41,503 nucleotides of DNA from Eubacteriales bacterium. Lineage in GTDB: Bacteria; Bacillota; Clostridia; Oscillospirales; CAG-272. The first letter of the stretch is position 1; every line of letters begins with the position of its first letter. The notes below the pieces were generated by a model that made no database searches, had not been told where the DNA came from, and worked only from the letters and a program-made list of their open reading frames with translations. The translations under genes and the position numbers were made by a program. This document shows, piece after piece, positions 36,412 through 41,503 of this stretch. The stretch is taken from the NCBI GenBank assembly GCA_045580585.1, contig JAZNOD010000154.1:1-41503 (forward strand), written 5' to 3'.

Positions 36412-37749
36412 ATGAAAAAGAAATTTATGAAATATACCATGTCCGCGGTACTTGCTATCGCTTTGCTGATCCCTATGATTTTTAACGTTTCGGCTGCCGG
36501 TGAGCCCGTAATAATTGCGAATCCGCAACAGCCTGTTTTTGCCGAAGGGAGCAGGGCAGAGTACAGCGTAAAGGCTTCGGGAGACGCCTTGGGCTTCCAC
36601 TGGTTCGTTGTATATAAAGGTCGCACTTATAGCACAAGAGCCGTCACCGCCCAACCCTGGAAGATTCCTCTTATAGGCACAAAATACGGCCCGAGCGAGG
36701 ATGGCACGAGCTTTATATTTGAATCAATTTCCAAAGAGCTTGACGGAATGAAGATATTCTGCAAGGTGACCAATGGTTCGAGAACCATAAAAACATATGC
36801 AGCTACTGTTAAGGTTAAAAAGAAAGCTCCAACCCCATCTGAAATATCTGTTCCTTTGTCTTATTCCTATACTAACGTTAAAACCGTCGGCGCAAAATGT
36901 ACCGTTGCGGTGGATGCCGATAAGTGCAAGTATCTTTGGCTTGAAAGCACCGACGGAACTCTTGAAAATGCCAAGGAGCTTCCTTTGCAGGATGATGCGA
37001 ATCTTGTAGTCAATGGCATGGAAAACGCAACTCGCTATTATATTTGCCGCGTTACCAATCCCAAGGGCGGAGTTACGTATAGCAGCGCGGTGACCATCAA
37101 AACGATGTGGAATCTTCCTATAACCACTTCCGCGCCCGAGACCACTCTTTCGCCTGAGACTACGCTTGTGCCCGAGACCACGCTTGCGCCCGAGACCACT
37201 CTTGCGCCTGAGACCACGCTTGCGCCTGAGACCACTCTTGCGCCTGAGACCACTCTTGCGCCCGAGACCACGCTTGCGCCTGAGACCACGCTTGCGCCCG
37301 AGACTACGGTTGTACCGCAAACCACTCTCGCGCCCGAGACCACTCTTGCCCCGGCGACTACGGTTGTGCCCGAGACAGGGCTTACGCCTTCAACGACGAA
37401 CAAGCCCACTGCAACAACGAAGCCGGATGTCACGCTTGACGTTACTACCAAGCCCTCGGACGAAACAACACAAATACCCGTAACAGAACCGTCGGATATT
37501 ACGACTGCCGATCCCTCTGTTACCACAAACGCTCCGCAAGATCCCGATATTAGTGCCAACACCACCTCGCCTGTGACGAATAATACGATCTCACCTGTTG
37601 TTTCTGACATTGTTGAGCCAACACAGCGTCCCGCGGAAACCACCTCTGGCGAAGATGATGGCGGATGCGGTTCTGCGATTTCAGTAGCGACTGTTGGCGC
37701 GGCAGTTTTGTTGACTGCGATTGCGCTTTTGCGCCGCAAGGAAGATTAA
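36412..37749 (+). CDS. Secreted cell-surface protein: two Ig-like modules, a PETTLA tandem-repeat/Thr-rich stalk, and a C-terminal sorting-like signal
   Basis: It has a signal peptide (…IFNVSAAG). Two ~100-aa modules each end in [FY]xC[KR]VTNxxG...V.[VI]K. A 14-unit hexapeptide repeat follows, then a Thr/Pro-rich stalk. The tail is GGCGSAISVATVGAAVLLTAIALLRRKED. Confidence 0.75.
   Translation: MKKKFMKYTMSAVLAIALLIPMIFNVSAAGEPVIIANPQQPVFAEGSRAEYSVKASGDALGFHWFVVYKGRTYSTRAVTAQPWKIPLIGTKYGPSEDGTSFIFESISKELDGMKIFCKVTNGSRTIKTYAATVKVKKKAPTPSEISVPLSYSYTNVKTVGAKCTVAVDADKCKYLWLESTDGTLENAKELPLQDDANLVVNGMENATRYYICRVTNPKGGVTYSSAVTIKTMWNLPITTSAPETTLSPETTLVPETTLAPETTLAPETTLAPETTLAPETTLAPETTLAPETTLAPETTVVPQTTLAPETTLAPATTVVPETGLTPSTTNKPTATTKPDVTLDVTTKPSDETTQIPVTEPSDITTADPSVTTNAPQDPDISANTTSPVTNNTISPVVSDIVEPTQRPAETTSGEDDGGCGSAISVATVGAAVLLTAIALLRRKED
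37135..37386 (+). repeat. 14 tandem copies of an 18-bp unit (consensus CCYGAGACCACKCTTGCG, encoding PETTLA)
   Basis: Direct reading gives units at 37135, 37153, ... 37369. Seven central units encode exactly PETTLA and differ only at synonymous positions. Flanking units are degenerate (PETTLS, PETTLV, PETTVV, PQTTLA, PATTVV, PETGLT). Confidence 0.95.
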
Positions 37750-37811
37750 TTTCTAATGAGCGTGCGATAGATATAAAAATATCGCTTATTTCTCCCCGAT
37801 ATTTAAGATAA

Positions 37812-37847
37812 ATACGCCTGTTATGTTTTGTAGCGGGCGTATTTTTT
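37812..37847 (+). terminator. Probable intrinsic terminator after the surface-protein gene
   Basis: An ATACGCC...GGCGTAT stem with a large loop is followed by T5-6. Confidence 0.55.
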
Positions 37848-37905
37848 AGCGGCGTTGCTTTTTGTTCAAGATTTTTGATACTTATGAATAAAAATCAAAA
37901 ATCTA

Positions 37906-37934
37906 TTGACAGTTTTTTGGTTTTTTGGTATAAT
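37906..37934 (+). promoter_or_regulatory. Consensus sigma-A promoter for the MBL-fold lipoprotein gene
   Basis: Exact TTGACA, a 17-nt spacer, then TATAAT. Confidence 0.8.
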
Positions 37935-37966
37935 TAAATCACTAATTCTCAAAGGAGGAAATTTAT

Positions 37967-40141
37967 ATGAAATCAAAATTTAGAATTTCTCTCTTTGCTC
38001 TTGTGTTGGTGCTCATTCTTACATGTTCCATTCTCGCTTCTTGCAACGATGGCGGAACTTCACAGGAAACCACCACAGGAAACGCAGGAGAACAGACTAC
38101 GGCGGATCCTGACGCACCGATCAATCTTTCGTTGAACGATTATAACATTGTTTATCCTTCGGCTTGGAACGAGAGCTTGATCGCTCAGATAAAGCCGCTT
38201 TCAACCGCTATCGAAAGTGCAACGGGTGGATATGCCAATAACACCAACGACGCTCTTGCTGAGGGTGTTACTGCTGAGCAGGTTTCGGAGATCAAGGAAA
38301 TCCTTGTGGGTAATACCAACCGCCCCGAATCGGCGCAGGCTATCGAATCCGTTCCGGCGAACACTTATGTGATTGCCGTTATTGGTAATAAAATAGTTAT
38401 AAACGCGGCTTCCGATGAATATACCCTTGAGGGTATTACTTATTTTGTTAACAACTACGTATCTGCCGCTGTTGACGGTGCAATTTCGCTTGCCAAAGAT
38501 CACAGATATCAGGGCGAAATCAAAACAGAGCTTGCCGTAGTAGAAAACGGCAAGACCACGTATAAGATCGTTTACAGAGAGGGTATAGATGCCGACGGCG
38601 GAGGCGTTGATGTTGAAGTTCAATACGCGCAAACGCTCCAGAAGGCGTTCAAGACTACTCTGGGTGCTTCACTCCAGATGGTTGCAGACAGTCCTAACGT
38701 GATTTCACGCGAGATACTCGTAGGAAACGTTGATTGCGATGAGACTCGCGCTTTCCTGTCCAATCTTGCCTATGATGAATACGGCTTTGGCGTGGTCGGC
38801 AACAAAGTCGTTGTTGCAGGCTGGAACTACGTTACCACAAAGCTTGCTGTAAATCAGTTTAGCACGTATATTAAGAATACCAGAGTTGCGGAAGACGGCG
38901 GAAAATATTCTCTTATTGTTCCAGGCGAAGCAACTATACAGAAATTCACCTACAAGACCCATGATTGGGAGCTTGATATTCCCGCATATGATGGCGGCGT
39001 TCTGATGGGTACGTGCCCATCTGAGGACGGATTCCTTATTCAAATAGGGGAAACCACCCTTGACGCGTATAATGCATATTGCTCAAAGCTTGCTTCCTCG
39101 GGATATACGGCTGCAACTACTAACGAGATCGGAAGCAACAAGTATGCGCTCTATACCGGAGCAAATAACAATGTTTACGCATACTATATTGACGCATTTA
39201 AGACTGTCAGAATCGTTACCTCGGGATCTGATGTTAAATTCCCCGAGTACTTCACGCCTGAATCTGTTCCGGCATATGAGAAGGTAGCAACTACCACCGT
39301 AACTCAGATGCAGCTCGATTATGGCTCCGGAAGCTTCGGAATGTGCTACATCATCCTTCTTGAGGATGGAACCTTTATCGTATTCGACGGCGGATATAAG
39401 GGTGATGACCCTGCAAAGCTTTATTCAACGCTTAAGAGCCTTAACCCCAGAACCGATGGTAAGGTAGTTATTTCCGCTTGGTTCTTGACTCACGAGCACA
39501 GAGACCATTTTAATGCTTTTGAGGATTTCTGCAACACTTACGGTCAGAAGGGAACTAAGGTTCAGGTTAAGCAGGCATACGTTAACTTTAACGATGAGTG
39601 CATGTGGGGCAATATGACCAACAGCGCAAACCGCTTCCTCAGCGATCCTTCGACGTACAAGAAGATGTCCGATTCCGTTGGCGGAATGGAGATCATAACC
39701 GTTCGCACCGGTATGGAATTCTACATTTGCAATGCAAAGGTCGAGATTCTCTACACCGAGGAAGATCACTTCCCGAACCAGCTCAATGACTTTAACGACA
39801 CCTCAACGGTATCCCGTATAACTCTTGCGGGTCAGACCTTCTTGTTTCTTGGTGATGCTCATTATGTCTCTCAGGATAATATGATCAAAATGTATGATAA
39901 GGCTCTTAAGAGTGATGTTGTACAGGTAAGCCATCACGGTTGGGACGGTAGCCGCCTTGAGCTTTACAAGCTCGTTAAGCCTACGGCTGTTTTCTGGCCT
40001 GCAAGCTCGGGCGAGCACAAGAGTCAGGGCTACGATTACAGCGCATGGCTCAGAAGATATACAAAGATTCAGTGGAACCAGTCGCAGACTACCACCATTA
40101 CTCCTCCGTACAAGTACGGAAACCCCTTTAAGGTAAGTTAA
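37967..40141 (+). CDS. Large lipoprotein with a duplicated N-terminal module and a C-terminal metallo-beta-lactamase-fold domain
   Basis: The lipobox is ILASC-N. The MBL signature is THEHRDH (HxHxDH), with downstream FLGDAH and VSHHG. The N-terminal ~430 aa are of unknown function and show an internal repeat. Confidence 0.75.
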   Translation: MKSKFRISLFALVLVLILTCSILASCNDGGTSQETTTGNAGEQTTADPDAPINLSLNDYNIVYPSAWNESLIAQIKPLSTAIESATGGYANNTNDALAEGVTAEQVSEIKEILVGNTNRPESAQAIESVPANTYVIAVIGNKIVINAASDEYTLEGITYFVNNYVSAAVDGAISLAKDHRYQGEIKTELAVVENGKTTYKIVYREGIDADGGGVDVEVQYAQTLQKAFKTTLGASLQMVADSPNVISREILVGNVDCDETRAFLSNLAYDEYGFGVVGNKVVVAGWNYVTTKLAVNQFSTYIKNTRVAEDGGKYSLIVPGEATIQKFTYKTHDWELDIPAYDGGVLMGTCPSEDGFLIQIGETTLDAYNAYCSKLASSGYTAATTNEIGSNKYALYTGANNNVYAYYIDAFKTVRIVTSGSDVKFPEYFTPESVPAYEKVATTTVTQMQLDYGSGSFGMCYIILLEDGTFIVFDGGYKGDDPAKLYSTLKSLNPRTDGKVVISAWFLTHEHRDHFNAFEDFCNTYGQKGTKVQVKQAYVNFNDECMWGNMTNSANRFLSDPSTYKKMSDSVGGMEIITVRTGMEFYICNAKVEILYTEEDHFPNQLNDFNDTSTVSRITLAGQTFLFLGDAHYVSQDNMIKMYDKALKSDVVQVSHHGWDGSRLELYKLVKPTAVFWPASSGEHKSQGYDYSAWLRRYTKIQWNQSQTTTITPPYKYGNPFKVS

Positions 40142-40152
40142 AAAAGATAAAA

Positions 40153-40183
40153 AGCCCGCCGCGGTATCCCGGCGGGCTTTTTT
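40153..40183 (+). terminator. Intrinsic terminator after the MBL-fold gene
   Basis: AGCCCGCCG-...-CGGCGGGCT followed by T6. Confidence 0.85.
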
Positions 40184-40198
40184 GCGCAAAAATACTTT

Positions 40199-40227
40199 TT
40201 GCTAATTGTGAAAATTTGTGATATAAT
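40199..40227 (+). promoter_or_regulatory. Promoter for the MFS transporter gene
   Basis: TTGCTA, a 17-nt spacer, then TATAAT, with an extended -10 (TGaTATAAT). Confidence 0.6.
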
Positions 40228-40256
40228 TTAATTACTAAATAAAAAAGAGGTGTAAA

Positions 40257-41503
40257 ATGCAAAAGACAAAGCTTTCCCGCCGTTTTTGGCTTGCGCTTGT
40301 TCTTTTTGGTCTGATGGGACAGGTTGCATGGGTAGTTGAAAATATGTATTTCAACGTATTCATTTACAATATGTTCAAGGCATCCCCGTCCGATATTTCT
40401 CTGATGGTTGCCGCTTCTGCCGTTGCCGCAACTCTAACTACTGTTTTTATCGGCGCGCTATCAGATAGGATAGGAAAGCGTAAGCTTCTTATTTGTGGCG
40501 GCTATATACTTTGGGGTGTTTCGATATTCAGCTTTACGCTTGTCCGTACCGATATTATCAGCGCGGTGTTTCCGACCGCCGCTTCCGTGTCCGCTATATG
40601 TATTACGATAACGATAATTCTTGATTGCATTATGACGTTTTTCGGTTCTACGGCGAACGATGCGGCTTTTAACGCGTGGCTTACTGATTCCACGGACTCC
40701 ACAAACCGCGGCGCAGCCGAGGGAATAAATTCCATGATGCCCTTGGTGGCTATTCTTGTGGTGTTTGGCGGCTTTATGTTCTTTGATTTGTCGCTGTCAT
40801 CAAGCTGGACGCTCATTTTTTCCATCATAGGAGCGATCGTTGTGGCGATAGGCATACTCGGTATCTTTCTTATTAAGGATCCCGATATATCGCCCACTAA
40901 AACGGGATATTTTTACAATATTTTTTACGGATTTCGCATATCTACCATAAAGCAGAATCCTATGCTTTACGTTTTTCTTGTCGCCTTTGCGGTATTTAAT
41001 ATCTCGATACAGATATTCATGCCCTACCTTATTATATATTACGAAAAATCCCTTGGCATGACGGACTATGTTTTCATTATGGCACCCGCCATAATCGTCG
41101 CGTCGGTCGTGACCGCCTTTTGGGGCAAAGTATATGACAAGCGCGGCTTCCGCTTTTCTGCGAGCGTTGCGCTCGCCTCGCTGTCACTCGGGTATGTTGT
41201 GCTTTACTTTACCAGGGCGACTGCTCCCGTTTTCGTAGGTTCATTGCTTATGATGAGTGGATATCTTGCGGGAATGGCGGTTTTCGGCGCTTCGATAAGA
41301 GACTATACCCCTGCAGGCAAGGCAGGAATGTTTCAGGGCTTGCGCATCTTCTCGCAGGTTCTCATCCCGGGTATCATCGGACCTGCCATTGGCGCGGCTG
41401 TGCTGAAAAATGCAGAAATGATAACGAACAACGACGGAACTCAATCGTTTTTGCCCAATGAGAACATCTTTGCTGCGGCATTTGTTGCGATACTCGTAAT
41501 AAT
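40257..41503 (+). CDS. MFS transporter; 3' end lies outside the window
   Basis: It is absent from the ORF track because there is no stop in the window. The frame is open from the ATG at 40257 (AGAGG upstream) to the window end. It encodes MQKTKLSRRFWLALVLFGLMGQVAWVVENMYF...GALSDRIGKRKLL (MFS motif A) and a series of hydrophobic helices. Confidence 0.8.
   Translation, partial: MQKTKLSRRFWLALVLFGLMGQVAWVVENMYFNVFIYNMFKASPSDISLMVAASAVAATLTTVFIGALSDRIGKRKLLICGGYILWGVSIFSFTLVRTDIISAVFPTAASVSAICITITIILDCIMTFFGSTANDAAFNAWLTDSTDSTNRGAAEGINSMMPLVAILVVFGGFMFFDLSLSSSWTLIFSIIGAIVVAIGILGIFLIKDPDISPTKTGYFYNIFYGFRISTIKQNPMLYVFLVAFAVFNISIQIFMPYLIIYYEKSLGMTDYVFIMAPAIIVASVVTAFWGKVYDKRGFRFSASVALASLSLGYVVLYFTRATAPVFVGSLLMMSGYLAGMAVFGASIRDYTPAGKAGMFQGLRIFSQVLIPGIIGPAIGAAVLKNAEMITNNDGTQSFLPNENIFAAAFVAILVI

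Noticed and set aside
37135-37386. Possible CRISPR array
   Set aside because: The repeats are 18 bp, directly abutting with no spacers, in frame inside a CDS, and no cas genes are nearby.
36724-37739. ORFs 36724..37320 (-), 37038..37739 (-) and 37166..37483 (+), with RKRGL/SGARVV/RPRLR periodic repeats
   Set aside because: These are alternative-frame and antisense readings of the 18-bp PETTLA array and the Thr-rich stalk. Their periodicity is inherited from the DNA repeat. The + frame-1 reading has a signal peptide, Ig-like modules and a C-terminal anchor.
31606-40141. Accessory block as a mobile or defence island
   Set aside because: There is no integrase, transposase, flanking direct repeat, tRNA attachment site, nuclease/helicase/ATPase defence-type domain or toxin-antitoxin pair. 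The genes are individually promoted and terminated surface/sensory functions. I see no evidence for mobility or immunity.
40502-41444. Minus-strand ORFs 40502..40897 and 41241..41444
   Set aside because: They lie antisense to an uninterrupted + strand MFS transporter frame that has an SD, a promoter and MFS motif A.

Overview
This window is mostly a core housekeeping chromosome segment of a Clostridia-type Firmicute. A type-I dockerin on one secreted enzyme suggests a Ruminococcus/Oscillospiraceae-like, cellulosome-bearing organism. Gene order reproduces several classical Bacillus/Clostridium synteny blocks: lon-engB, infC-rpmI-rplT behind an L20 leader, dprA-topA-trmFO, plsX, rnc-(radical SAM)-smc-ftsY, rdgB, yhbY-nadD-yqeK-rsfS-leuS, rpsU, and T-box-thrS. 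Three accessory stretches interrupt the core. (i) 3.5-7.3 kb holds an AT-rich intergenic region with a candidate ~150-nt structured sRNA, followed by two tandem GH25 lysozyme paralogues that carry different anchoring modules. (ii) 27.4-29.4 kb holds a UPF0340 gene, an orphan MinD-like ATPase and a degenerate methylglyoxal-synthase-like protein. (iii) 31.6-41.5 kb holds a GHL10 lipoprotein, TspO, an OmpR/HK two-component pair, an Ig-like/Thr-rich repeat surface protein, a large MBL-fold lipoprotein and an MFS transporter. I found no CRISPR array, tRNA/rRNA gene, transposase, integrase, prophage or recognisable defence system. The most unusual observations are these: a single in-frame TAG splits the essential ftsY at a conserved Lys position, while none of the 33 complete CDS here ends in TAG; two secreted proteins share a Cys-containing C-terminal sorting-like signal; an unannotated promoter-to-terminator sRNA unit lies upstream of lon; one lysozyme carries a dockerin; and infC starts at ATA, so the ORF track truncates it. 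All functional calls rest on motif recognition by eye and on synteny. No database search was run.
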